Part shown: piece after piece, positions 9,425-19,400 of the stretch
Numbering within the stretch: position 1 is the stretch's first letter
Layout: each line of letters begins with the position of its first letter
From: a virus
Lineage: Duplodnaviria > Heunggongvirae > Uroviricota > Caudoviricetes
IMG/VR virus record: IMGVR_UViG_3300028549_001428
Direction: 5' to 3' (one strand)
DNA length: 64,000 bases
Program-made: the position numbers and the translations under genes
Notes under the pieces: generated by a model
What the model was told of the DNA's origin: nothing
What the model saw: only the letters and a program-made list of their open reading frames with translations
Databases searched by the model: none

Positions 9425-10486
9425 ATGTTTACAATAGTTATACCATATTATGATACAAATTCTTCGTATAGACAACGAAACTTATTTAAAGTTATACGAA
9501 ACTACAAATCTATAGCTCCTGACTTTGATATAATAATAGTTGAACAAAATGGTAATGAGCAACTAGAAGATATCATCGAAGATGAGTATAAATGTAAATA
9601 CTTAAATGTTCGTATGGATTATGATTTATTTCATAAGACCAGATTATTAAATTATGCTATTGATAATTGTGAAAGCGAATATATAATAATGGCTGATGCT
9701 GATTGTATTATCACACCAACCGCTATTCAGTCACTAAAGAATGAACATTCAATGGGTAGTATTGTATATCCATTTAATTCAGTTGATTATTACAGTGAAG
9801 CACATACCAGAAAATTAATTGGTTATACACCTGTAGAAAAATCATATAAAGTTGATCGTGGGTTGCCATTAAAGAGATTTACAGGTATGGTTAATTGCTT
9901 TAGTAGATCTACTTATGAGGATGTAGGTAAATTTGATGAGGATATAATTGGATGGGGTTCTGAAGATGATGTATTCTTAATGAAATGTGAACGCCTGGTA
10001 TCACCTTCATATAGAACTCAATTAGATTCACCATTAATTCATTTATTCCATCCAAAAAGCGATACTGATGATTACAAGAAAAGTAATCAATTTATGAAAA
10101 ATAAAAAGATAAGTGCTTTAATCAAACGAATGGATATAGATGATTTGAAATCATATACAACTGATTCATCTACACTACCAAAGTTAATAAGCAAATACGA
10201 AGCAACTGATAGATTAAGTTTGATTATTAAATGGAAGTTCAAGAATGTAGTCGTGACATTTGACTCCACTATATACGATATGGAAACATTTGACAATCTC
10301 AGTGTTGGAAAAATTTTACGCACTATATACGATGTAGATGGATATGACTTCATGATGAGTATCGTAAAAGAAATTCATACAAAGGTTACTGACCTAGATA
10401 GTAACGACATCAATGAAATCAACGAATGTATCGCAATGTGTTCAAAATCACATGGTGATCTTCATCACCCTACAATCAATAAATAA
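9425..10486 (+). CDS. glycosyltransferase (GT2 / GT7 C-terminal-like)
   Basis: IVIPY, IIVEQ, DAD motif, GKFDE..GWGSEDD, HLFH. Confidence 0.8.
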   Translation: MFTIVIPYYDTNSSYRQRNLFKVIRNYKSIAPDFDIIIVEQNGNEQLEDIIEDEYKCKYLNVRMDYDLFHKTRLLNYAIDNCESEYIIMADADCIITPTAIQSLKNEHSMGSIVYPFNSVDYYSEAHTRKLIGYTPVEKSYKVDRGLPLKRFTGMVNCFSRSTYEDVGKFDEDIIGWGSEDDVFLMKCERLVSPSYRTQLDSPLIHLFHPKSDTDDYKKSNQFMKNKKISALIKRMDIDDLKSYTTDSSTLPKLISKYEATDRLSLIIKWKFKNVVVTFDSTIYDMETFDNLSVGKILRTIYDVDGYDFMMSIVKEIHTKVTDLDSNDINEINECIAMCSKSHGDLHHPTINK

Positions 10487-10529
10487 ATGTCTATATTGAT
10501 TATATAGACACACAATCAAGGAGTTTATT

Positions 10530-11411
10530 ATGGAATTAATAGCAGCAGGTACAGGATCAGCATTTACAATGAAAAATTGGCAATCCAATTTTGTCATCAG
10601 ACAAAATGGCAAGTGTTTATTGATTGATTGTGGCGGTGATATTCGTCAAGCATTAGCTGAATTGGGAATTCCAATTAGTGAACTTGATGTGTATATTTCT
10701 CACGCACATGCTGACCATATTGGTGGATTGGAATGGTTGGGATTCTGTACATTATTTAATCCAACATTAAAAAAACCAAGGATTTATGGTGAAGTCAATT
10801 TACTAAAGGACTTATGGAATAAGAGTTTAGTTGGTGGTATGGAAGGATTAGAAGGGACTAAATATACAGAAGTTGGTGGTGATGGCGTTCTACTATCAAC
10901 ATATTTCGATGTACATCCTGTATATACTAACAGTAGCTTCATATGGGAAGGAATTAGATTTGATATAGTTCAAAGTGTTCATATAACGGCAAAATATGCA
11001 TTATCTAATTCATTTGGTCTTATGTGGACAGACCCAGATACTAATGAACGGATTTATGTAACTACTGATTGTCAGTATTCACCCGAAGCGTCTATGAGAG
11101 CTTTCTATCAAGAAGCCGATCATATTTTCCAAGATTGTGAAACATCTCCATTTAAGTCAGGTGTTCATGCTAATTATAGTGATTTAAAAACTCTTCCATC
11201 AGAAATGAAAAAGAAAATGTGGTTATATCATTATCAAGATAATGTTATCGATGAATGGGATGTGTGGAATGAACGTGCAATTGCAGATGGGTTCCGTGGA
11301 TTCTTAAAAACAGGTGCTGTATTTTCTAGAAATTATATAGCACAGGAAGGTGGGTTTGTAGGTAATATAATTCACAGATTACTGAACCGTGATAAGATGG
11401 GATTATCGTGA
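10530..11411 (+). CDS. metallo-beta-lactamase-fold cyclic-nucleotide phosphodiesterase, Apyc1 (anti-Pycsar)-like
   Basis: GTGSAF, LLIDCG, HAHADHIGGLE, LW..SL.GG, FQDC, GVHA and LYHYQDN follow the Apyc1 motif series as I recall it. Confidence 0.75.
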   Translation: MELIAAGTGSAFTMKNWQSNFVIRQNGKCLLIDCGGDIRQALAELGIPISELDVYISHAHADHIGGLEWLGFCTLFNPTLKKPRIYGEVNLLKDLWNKSLVGGMEGLEGTKYTEVGGDGVLLSTYFDVHPVYTNSSFIWEGIRFDIVQSVHITAKYALSNSFGLMWTDPDTNERIYVTTDCQYSPEASMRAFYQEADHIFQDCETSPFKSGVHANYSDLKTLPSEMKKKMWLYHYQDNVIDEWDVWNERAIADGFRGFLKTGAVFSRNYIAQEGGFVGNIIHRLLNRDKMGLS

Positions 11412-11512
11412 TTTCGGAGTAGAAATATCACGGTCTTTGATTGCTTAATGAATGATATAATATATGTCAGAAAAAACGTGTGTTATTAGATAGAATTATG
11501 TATATTTAATGT

Positions 11513-11820
11513 AGAATAGCTGAAAGTGTTATTCACCCCTCGTTTGAATACTAAGGGGCTTGTTAATTTGGAAGTTTTGTCAGCTTCGTTAGAATTCACG
11601 AGATATATTGAATGATTGACTAGCTTACTTCTGCCTTTGACTCGTAAGAGACAATTGTAAGAAAAACTGAACTGAATGTACGTGACAGTACGAAATACAC
11701 CCTCTGGTGCTCGTCTAGCTGGAGGCTCTGAGTCGGTCAGTAGCGAAGATGTATATATACCCTCGTAAGAGGTGCTCCCTTACGGGAAAAGAAGACTGCG
11801 TAGAAATACGTAGTCTTTTT
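11513..11820 (+). ncRNA. stand-alone IsrB/IscB-type omegaRNA (HEARO-like); guide 11513-11527, scaffold from 11528
   Basis: Colinear similarity to 13302-13560, with shared blocks CTCTGGTGCTCGTCTAGCTGGAG and CGAAGATGTATATATACCCTCGTAAGAGGTG and compensatory stem changes. Promoter at 11501-11507 and terminator at 11788-11820. Confidence 0.88.
11788..11820 (+). terminator. intrinsic terminator closing the stand-alone omegaRNA
   Basis: AAGACTGCGTA-GAAA-TACGTAGTCTT followed by a T-run. Confidence 0.8.
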
Positions 11821-11957
11821 ATTGATAAAACTAAATTATTTTCTATATTATATCACCATTATCTCATGGAGTGAGAAAGTATGAACGTAAAGCGAGAATA
11901 TATAAATTTCTCAATATAAATACTGATACAATTGATATTTTTTGATATATTTACCGT

Positions 11958-12941
11958 ATGAGTATTAACTATTATACAGTTTTAGGCGTTCAATCAACAG
12001 CAGATATAAGCGAAGTAAAATCAGCTTATAAAAAATTGGCAATTCAATATCATCCAGATAAATCACCTGGATTTGAAGATAAATTCAAAGAAATTAATGA
12101 AGCATATTCAGTTTTATCTGATGATAAAAAACGAGCTGATTATGATTCTAAATTAACCTTTTCATCCACATTTAAGAGATGGGGATATGCATTCGGTGAA
12201 TCAACCGTAGCAAAAGATTTTGGTAAATCATACAAACAAGAACCACCTAAAGGTAAACCATATAAATATCAACTAAAGGTGACTCTGGATGATTGTATAA
12301 ATGGTTCTACTATAGAGCGAGATATAATATATAACGCAAAATGTCCGATGTGTGATGGCACAGGGGCTAGAACTCGAAAGACATGTCCTGTATGCAATGG
12401 TATGGCAGCCGTTAAGAAAATAGTTAATGGTGAGTATGTCGTAGTTCAATGTGAAAATTGCCATAGTACTGGAAACGTTATTAACGATGTATGTTTGCAT
12501 TGTAAAGGTAAATCAATTATAAAAAAGACTCAAACAATAAAGATAAAAATACCAGTAGGCGCAACCCATAATCAAATAATCAAATTACCAGGATTAGGTA
12601 ATGCAGGTGTATTTGGTGGTGCTAGAGGTGATTTACATCTGAATATACATCAGCTAGAAGATAGTAGATATACACGAACTGGTGATGACTTACATATTAA
12701 ATATGATGTAAGTGCAATAGATTTAATACTAGGTAAAACATTTGATGTAGAAACACCGACTGGTAATATAACCGTAACGATACCAGCAGGTACACAACCA
12801 ACAGCAAAAATACGGGTAAAGAATAAAGGAATTAACGGTGGTAACTTCTATATTGCATTTAAAATGGTAATTCCTACTCAATTATCGCCTGATGAACTAG
12901 AATTATATACAAAATTAAGAAACTTAGAGTTTTCTATTTAA
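11958..12941 (+). CDS. dnaJ: DnaJ chaperone (J domain, zinc finger, C-terminal domain)
   Basis: HPD motif, four CxxCxGxG-like repeats, GDL and IPAGTQP C-terminal motifs. Confidence 0.92.
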   Translation: MSINYYTVLGVQSTADISEVKSAYKKLAIQYHPDKSPGFEDKFKEINEAYSVLSDDKKRADYDSKLTFSSTFKRWGYAFGESTVAKDFGKSYKQEPPKGKPYKYQLKVTLDDCINGSTIERDIIYNAKCPMCDGTGARTRKTCPVCNGMAAVKKIVNGEYVVVQCENCHSTGNVINDVCLHCKGKSIIKKTQTIKIKIPVGATHNQIIKLPGLGNAGVFGGARGDLHLNIHQLEDSRYTRTGDDLHIKYDVSAIDLILGKTFDVETPTGNITVTIPAGTQPTAKIRVKNKGINGGNFYIAFKMVIPTQLSPDELELYTKLRNLEFSI

Positions 12942-12987
12942 CAATAATTTATATTTTAAGTAACATAATTATAAAGGATGCTATCAA

Positions 12988-13341
12988 ATGAAGCTAACAT
13001 TAGAAGAAAGATTTAACCTAAGTCGTTACAGCAGAAAATTGCCATGTACATTAGGACTTAGATTGGCTATAAGTGATTTTTTGGCACAGATTGAAATAAC
13101 TGCCGATGAATTAAAGACATATGATGTTCAAATCACGCCTAATTTATTCACATGTACCGATCCAACTTATACAGTAACGTATGAATCATTCCCTTCAGCA
13201 GTTGTTGAGTCAATGAAGCGATATGTATCTATCGTTGATAATGAAAAAAATGCGGATAATATATTATTACATAAAATCATTGAAACATTTAAGAAAGTAA
13301 TGTCAATCACCCCTGAGTTAAAGACTCAGGGGCTTGTGTAA
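12988..13341 (+). CDS. hypothetical protein whose last 13 codons lie inside the IsrB element end
   Basis: AAGGA RBS; the ORF crosses the element boundary at 13302. Confidence 0.7.
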   Translation: MKLTLEERFNLSRYSRKLPCTLGLRLAISDFLAQIEITADELKTYDVQITPNLFTCTDPTYTVTYESFPSAVVESMKRYVSIVDNEKNADNILLHKIIETFKKVMSITPELKTQGLV

Positions 13342-13560
13342 TCTGAAGATTTGTCATCTTCGTGAAAATTAACAGGATATACTGAACTGATTGAACTAGT
13401 CTAAGTGAGTTTCGTTCCGTAAGGAACGAAATATAACAAACTGAATCATTGTACGTGACTGTACAATCACTCTCTGGTGCTCGTCTAGCTGGAGATCAAG
13501 TGAGGTGGTCAGTGACGAAGATGTATATATACCCTCGTAAGAGGTGTGTCCTTACGGACA
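13302..13560 (+). ncRNA. IsrB omegaRNA scaffold (cis copy); its guide is the upstream flank ending ...AAGAAAGTAAT
   Basis: Starts GTCAATCACCCC, is hairpin-rich, and lies directly upstream of a PLMP-domain ORF. Confidence 0.88.
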
Positions 13561-13575
13561 AATTTTAGGAAGTGA

Positions 13576-14589
13576 ATGATGTTAGTAGGAGTTGCATATA
13601 ATGGACAGGCTTTGATGCCAACCTCGCCCCAAAGGGCGAGGCTGCTTATTGCGTCCAGAAATGCAACTCCTTACATTCATAAAGGTGTCTTCTGTATCAG
13701 GTTGAATAGAGCACCTTCTAATAATAAAACTCAACCAATAGCTATCGGGATTGATCCGGGATCAAAGAAAGAAGGAATTTCAGTAGTCACTAATACAAAA
13801 ACTGTATTGAACATACAGTTAAATGCAGTCTCTTGGGTTAAGGATGCTGTAGAATCCCGAAGAAATGCTCGTAGAGCGAGAAGACAACGGAATACCCCTT
13901 GTAGAAATCCACAAGAGAATTATAATGAAGTTGGGTTTATGCCACCTTCAACTAAAGCTAGATGGCAATCTAAACTTAATCTAATTAAATCATTGAAATC
14001 AATCTTTCCTATTTCTATCTGCGTAGTAGAAGACATTAAGGCTAAGACATTGAAGGGAAAGGCTAAATGGAATGTTTCATTTAGTCCATTGGAAGTTGGA
14101 AAGAAATGGTTTTATAATCAAATAGAATCACTTGGATTAAATTTAGTGTTGAAGGAAGGATTTGAAACTGCTGAGTTGCGGAAGCAACACAGCCTTTCAA
14201 AATCCAAACAAAAATTATCAGATAAATGGGACGCTCATTGTGTCGATTCTTGGGTTCTTGCTTCATCGCAGATGACAACATTACCAACTATTGACAAGAC
14301 AATGATATTAATTAAACCAATGCAGTTCCATAGAAGGCAATTACATGCATACCAACCTGCTAAAGGTGGTATTCGTAGACCCTACGGGTCAACAAGATCA
14401 ATGGGATTTAGAAGAGGAAGTATTGTTTCTCATCCAAAATTTGGAATTTGCACCATAGGTGGAACTTCCAAAACCAAAATCAGTTTGCATAATTTACAAA
14501 CTGGTAAACGCTTAACTCAGAATTCTTTAAGTTCTGATGTTAAGTTTAAAGCATTTAACAATTATAACATTTTTATACCCCGAAGCTAA
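13576..14589 (+). CDS. isrB: IsrB RNA-guided nickase (RRXRR/PLMP, split RuvC, no HNH)
   Basis: ALMP (PLMP), RuvC-I GIDPGSK, Arg-rich bridge helix RRNARRARRQR, RuvC-II VEDI, RuvC-III HCVD, RRQLH; 337 aa with no HNH insert. Confidence 0.9.
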   Translation: MMLVGVAYNGQALMPTSPQRARLLIASRNATPYIHKGVFCIRLNRAPSNNKTQPIAIGIDPGSKKEGISVVTNTKTVLNIQLNAVSWVKDAVESRRNARRARRQRNTPCRNPQENYNEVGFMPPSTKARWQSKLNLIKSLKSIFPISICVVEDIKAKTLKGKAKWNVSFSPLEVGKKWFYNQIESLGLNLVLKEGFETAELRKQHSLSKSKQKLSDKWDAHCVDSWVLASSQMTTLPTIDKTMILIKPMQFHRRQLHAYQPAKGGIRRPYGSTRSMGFRRGSIVSHPKFGICTIGGTSKTKISLHNLQTGKRLTQNSLSSDVKFKAFNNYNIFIPRS

Positions 14590-14615
14590 AGACTTCGGGG
14601 TTTCATGAGGGATAT

Positions 14616-15611
14616 ATGAAATTAACTGACAGTGTAAATGCGATCTATAATATAGATTTAGATCAATCTATTATTGAATTCAAAACCGAATTCAATAATA
14701 TTTCTAAATTACCTGATCCAACAGGTAGTCATACATTTACTATATCATCATATGAAGATAATAAAGTTATTACTGAAGTTTTTTTCTGTAGTGTTTATAG
14801 CAAAACTGTATTAATATATGCATCGCAGGTTGCAGTTGAAGTAAATATTGGAAATAAACAAAATACTGATCCTGATGATACCACAGTAGAATATGAAATT
14901 ACTGGTGGTTCGGTTAATGATATTGGTGGTTCATTTATAGAACAATTAGCTAATGAAAATAAATCATCTGCATATTATATTGGTAGACACTTAAATAATG
15001 ATAACTTAGATGATCATGTATCCAATTTGATAAATAATAACCTACATGAACTGAATCCATTAGTATTAGATAACGACCTCCGTAATAATATAATAAATAT
15101 GACACATCCTGATATAAAATTGATTTATAGCAAGACTGTGAATAGCGTTTATTATGATATATATACTATACCATCTAATAGTACATTTAAAATACAACAG
15201 GTAGATGGTATTGATGATGTTGATAACCATAACATAGTTGATGTTGTTATTGTTTCTAGTAATCCTGATTTGGTATATTTAGGTGATTGTTGTAATTCTC
15301 GTGGATTTTATTATAGAATATATGCATTAAACAATTCAGACGAATTATCATGTGCTATTGATATATTGAATGCCGAAACTGATGATATAGATAATTTAGT
15401 CATTGATTATACCGAGCTGGTTGATATATCAGTTGATTTTTTCAATGAACGAATGAATATGTTCAAGAGTGATGTAAATATAGCAATTGAAAAAGAAGAA
15501 CTGCCCGTTGGACTTGATGAAAATCCATACTCAAATAGATATTTTGATGTAGATAAGGCAGTAAATCAAAAAGAACCATTAAAGATGTCACGCAGATTAG
15601 GTGAAGGATAA
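14616..15611 (+). CDS. hypothetical protein
   Basis: 331-aa ORF with GAGG RBS. Confidence 0.7.
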   Translation: MKLTDSVNAIYNIDLDQSIIEFKTEFNNISKLPDPTGSHTFTISSYEDNKVITEVFFCSVYSKTVLIYASQVAVEVNIGNKQNTDPDDTTVEYEITGGSVNDIGGSFIEQLANENKSSAYYIGRHLNNDNLDDHVSNLINNNLHELNPLVLDNDLRNNIINMTHPDIKLIYSKTVNSVYYDIYTIPSNSTFKIQQVDGIDDVDNHNIVDVVIVSSNPDLVYLGDCCNSRGFYYRIYALNNSDELSCAIDILNAETDDIDNLVIDYTELVDISVDFFNERMNMFKSDVNIAIEKEELPVGLDENPYSNRYFDVDKAVNQKEPLKMSRRLGEG

Positions 15612-15614
15612 TAA

Positions 15615-16400
15615 ATGCAAGTATATAAATTTAACTCCGTATTCGATCATGTAGCTATCACATTACATGAATTATTCGATAAAAATCCTAAATTCGATAA
15701 GACATTATTTGTATTAGGATATAATGTACTAAAAGATTTAAACTTTTTACGTCAACAATATAAAGGGTATAAGATAATTATATACCAACTTGAACAATTG
15801 CATGATAAATCATATTGGGCTAATAAGCAATCATTTAATAATTTGAAACAAGCTGATGAAATTTGGGATTATGATAGAAGTAATATCGAATGGATGGCTA
15901 AAAATTTTGGTATTCAGGCGCATTTTTTACCAATATTATATACAAATAGCTTAAAAACAATGGACCCCGTAGAGGTTGTTAAGCCAGATATTGACGTATT
16001 ATTCTATGGTTATACTCAAGAAAGACGTGCACGTATGATTTTTACCATGCAACAAAAAATGGCTGGTAAATTTAAGGTTTTTAATATGTATGGTATTTGG
16101 GGGAAAGAATTGGATGAATATATCTCCCGAAGCAAGTTAATTATAAATATACATGCAGATGAAATTGCTAAACAAGAACAAGTTAGAATGTATTATCCTG
16201 TTATTAATGGTAGATGTGTATTGAGTGAATTGAGTCCAACTAACTATTTAGGTGATTCTATTATTCAAGTACCATATGAGAAAATGGTAGATGCTACTAT
16301 AAAAATACTTGAAAGCGATAAATGGAAATCACAGGCATTAAAATGTTCTGATATATATAAAAACATATCGAATGAGTATAAAAACAAACTAAAAATGTAA
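15615..16400 (+). CDS. putative glycosyltransferase (GT-B-like)
   Basis: YQLEQL, EIWDYD, DIDVLFYG..RR, SKLIINIH, VLSE motifs. Confidence 0.6.
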   Translation: MQVYKFNSVFDHVAITLHELFDKNPKFDKTLFVLGYNVLKDLNFLRQQYKGYKIIIYQLEQLHDKSYWANKQSFNNLKQADEIWDYDRSNIEWMAKNFGIQAHFLPILYTNSLKTMDPVEVVKPDIDVLFYGYTQERRARMIFTMQQKMAGKFKVFNMYGIWGKELDEYISRSKLIINIHADEIAKQEQVRMYYPVINGRCVLSELSPTNYLGDSIIQVPYEKMVDATIKILESDKWKSQALKCSDIYKNISNEYKNKLKM

Positions 16401-16429
16401 TAACACAATAATTAAACCTATATTTTTAT

Positions 16430-16438
16430 TATAAACTA
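16430..16438 (+). promoter_or_regulatory. late promoter TATAAACTA (representative copy)
   Basis: Also at 2765, 8630, 29431, 31062, 34699, 42940, 54563 (+) and 39860, 42274 (-), with near-copies at 6714 and 34674 (-). Precedes structural genes; a variant of T4 TATAAATA. Confidence 0.75.
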
Positions 16439-16466
16439 TGGTAAATTGGTTTAATTTTGTAATATT

Positions 16467-19400
16467 ATGGCTATACAATTTCGTTTACATGAAGGCTCCC
16501 ATCAAACTAGTGGGACAAGCATTGATATCTATAAATTGTTTTTTGGTGTGTACCGAGTAAATAGCGGTACATATTACTTACCTGATTATAGAATTAGAGG
16601 ATTTTTCAATCATCATTTTCCTCAATCCATTATATCATCAAATACTGGATATATTGTTACAAACATCCAATCCACGCAAGGTATTAATATCCAAGCATCG
16701 CAGGGATATAATGACTGGATGGATGATATTAGACCTCCAAGAATAGATTCAGACAAATTTTGTTCAGAAATTGATATTTATTTCCCATCAGGAACTTTAA
16801 ACTCAAGTAATCCATCTGCACATGATGGTCAATTCAGTTTAATGGGTTCTGTTGGTGGTGGTATTCGTGAAGGTAGATATAATGATGTACAAGAATCATA
16901 TTCATATTTAGATGGAAATACTTCTTATATAACAAATCCATCAAATTGGATTCTTGAAAATAGAATAAATGTAAAGACTAGAAATATACAAAGTATATCA
17001 TCAGTTGGTACTTTAGTAACGGTAACAACTACAGCAAATCATGGATATTCGACAGGCAATGCAATTCGTATAGCTGGGTTAGGTAATGAATCTTCTAGAT
17101 TATTTGGTGCTCCTGGTGAAAGATATACAGGTACATATAAAATAACAGTAACTGGATTAAACACTTTTACATATACAACTAGACATGTTGTTACAGCATC
17201 CACATATAATACTGGGGTATGTGAATACTGGGAAGCCGTAGTACATGAAAGTCGAATAAGTTCAATTCAAGGTAATGGTACAGGAACAATAACCATAAAT
17301 ACCACAGATTCACATAATTTACAAACCAATGATTTGATCGTTATAGGTGGCACTGTTAATTATAATGGTTCTGCCGTTAGAGTTTTAAGCAGTACATCAA
17401 CAAGTATAACATGTAGCATACCATCAAATACAAGCACAACACTAGAAAATGTGGGTATTGTATATCATTCATCACCGACCCCATCGGCTGCAATTCCCAT
17501 AAATTATAGTATTGGATATGAGGCTAATATACCAGATGATCATACAATAATAACTAAATTAGTCTATGCAGATAAAGATACTTATATACGAGTAGGTGAT
17601 ACAAATGGTCATGGTGGATCAACATCATTAAGTGTGATAAATCATGTAGGTGATATATCAAAAGCATTATTTAATTTCCCTATTGATGATGTTGTATTAT
17701 CTGATCTATTATTTGCTGAAATATGCACTTATTATGCTGGTGGTAGTGATGATAATGGTCAATTGGCATTATATCAAATGTCCACGGATACATGGAGTGA
17801 TTCAGGTACATACACAACATTAAACCCACTCATAGTTACTCCAGTAGATCAGGTAGGTAGTTATTCGTTTGGTAGTACAGGATCTAAAGAACTCAATACC
17901 TACACAAAATTCACCGTTTCAACCGCAAAAGTATTGGATTGGATGAATGGAGTAAAATATCCATCAGTTGCCTTAGTAAAATTAGATAATGAAGGTATAA
18001 CAAACCAATTTCTTAGTTCGGAAAATACCGAATATAAACCTTATTTGGTTATTAGTTCTGGTGTAATTGAAGATGATACAAAACCGACACTAACTATAGT
18101 TGATAGTTTTATGTATCTAACATGCAACTCAATTCAAGGTAATGGTACTGGTAAAGTTACTGTATCTACTGATAATGCTCACTTATTGGTTTCTGGTGAT
18201 ATAATTCATTTATATAATGCAACTAACTATGAAGTCATATCAGCTACCGTATTGGGTGGAGCTGATGCACCAACTACATACACATTCAAAATAAATATAG
18301 TAGGAAATACCAGTGTAATAAACGATACATCGGGTATTATACAAAGAACAACAACAATTAAATTATCAGCACTTGGTTATGATAATGAAGAAATATCTAA
18401 CAACTCTGCTGATATTTCAATTAGAAAAACAACATCTTTAACGGATGTTGGTGAATATAATGTGGTAAAAAGTTCTGATGGTCACTCAGTAACATTTGAC
18501 TTCAATCTTCTAGGTATAGATGATGGATATTTTGATGTATCTGTGAAGGACGTAAATGGAAATACTAGTTTATTACCATTTCAACCACCTATAATAATGG
18601 ATTATTTTAATGAATTTGGTGAATCATATTCAGTTATGAAATCTGGTAGACCTATATATGTAAAGGGATTTAACGTTGATTATTACAATGCATCATTTAC
18701 ATCAATTATAGGAGATTCTAATTTATCTGGTGGTATAATCACTGGTGGTAATAATATATCAGTTTCTTCCTTTAATACCGTAGACAATTGGTTTAGTTTC
18801 CAATTCCCTGCAGGTTTACAGGCTGGGTATACTGTATCCAACATTGATACAACACTTAATACAATTACGTTAGACGATGTAGCTATAAAAGTTGGTGATG
18901 TAATTGCATTTAATTCAACAGGTAATTTCATACAACCTCCTTTAATAGTTGGTAAATTGTATTTTGTTAAGACAGTGACTATTAGCGGATCTGATTCTAT
19001 CATAACACTATCAGATAATGTATTACTTTCTACTACTGTTGATTTAACAACTGCAAGTTATACTGTGAATATGGTTGCGTCTAATATAGCAACTCCATTG
19101 TATATTAATCGTGATGGGTTTAATTCATATAGTTATTATAATAGATTATATGTAAGATTAGATGAGTATGCACCGAAAATATATATACCAGATATAGTTG
19201 GTATTAATGATGTCATTGATATAGTTATAAGTGATTTATATTCTATTGATACTGATAGTGTGACATTTATTAATGGAGATCAAGAAGGTTCTCCTATTGA
19301 TGTCAATGGTGATGGTAAAGTATTGATTTATTCAGTTAGAATTACAGCACCTGGTACTTTTATAGCATCTGCTGCTGATAATAATGGAAATATTGCATAT

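Larger units (their letters stand above)
13302..14604 (+). mobile_element. non-autonomous IS200/IS605-family element carrying omegaRNA + IsrB
   Basis: Terminal hairpins CCCCTGAG-TTAAAGA-CTCAGGGG and CCCCGAAG-CTAAAGA-CTTCGGGG. On the minus strand the guide/cleavage tetramers GAAA/TCAT and CAAG/TGAC obey the IS608 pairing rule. Flanking ATGA is the TAM. Confidence 0.9.

Noticed and set aside
13576-14589. IscB or Cas9
   Set aside because: No HNH domain between RuvC-II and RuvC-III, only 337 aa, no CRISPR array
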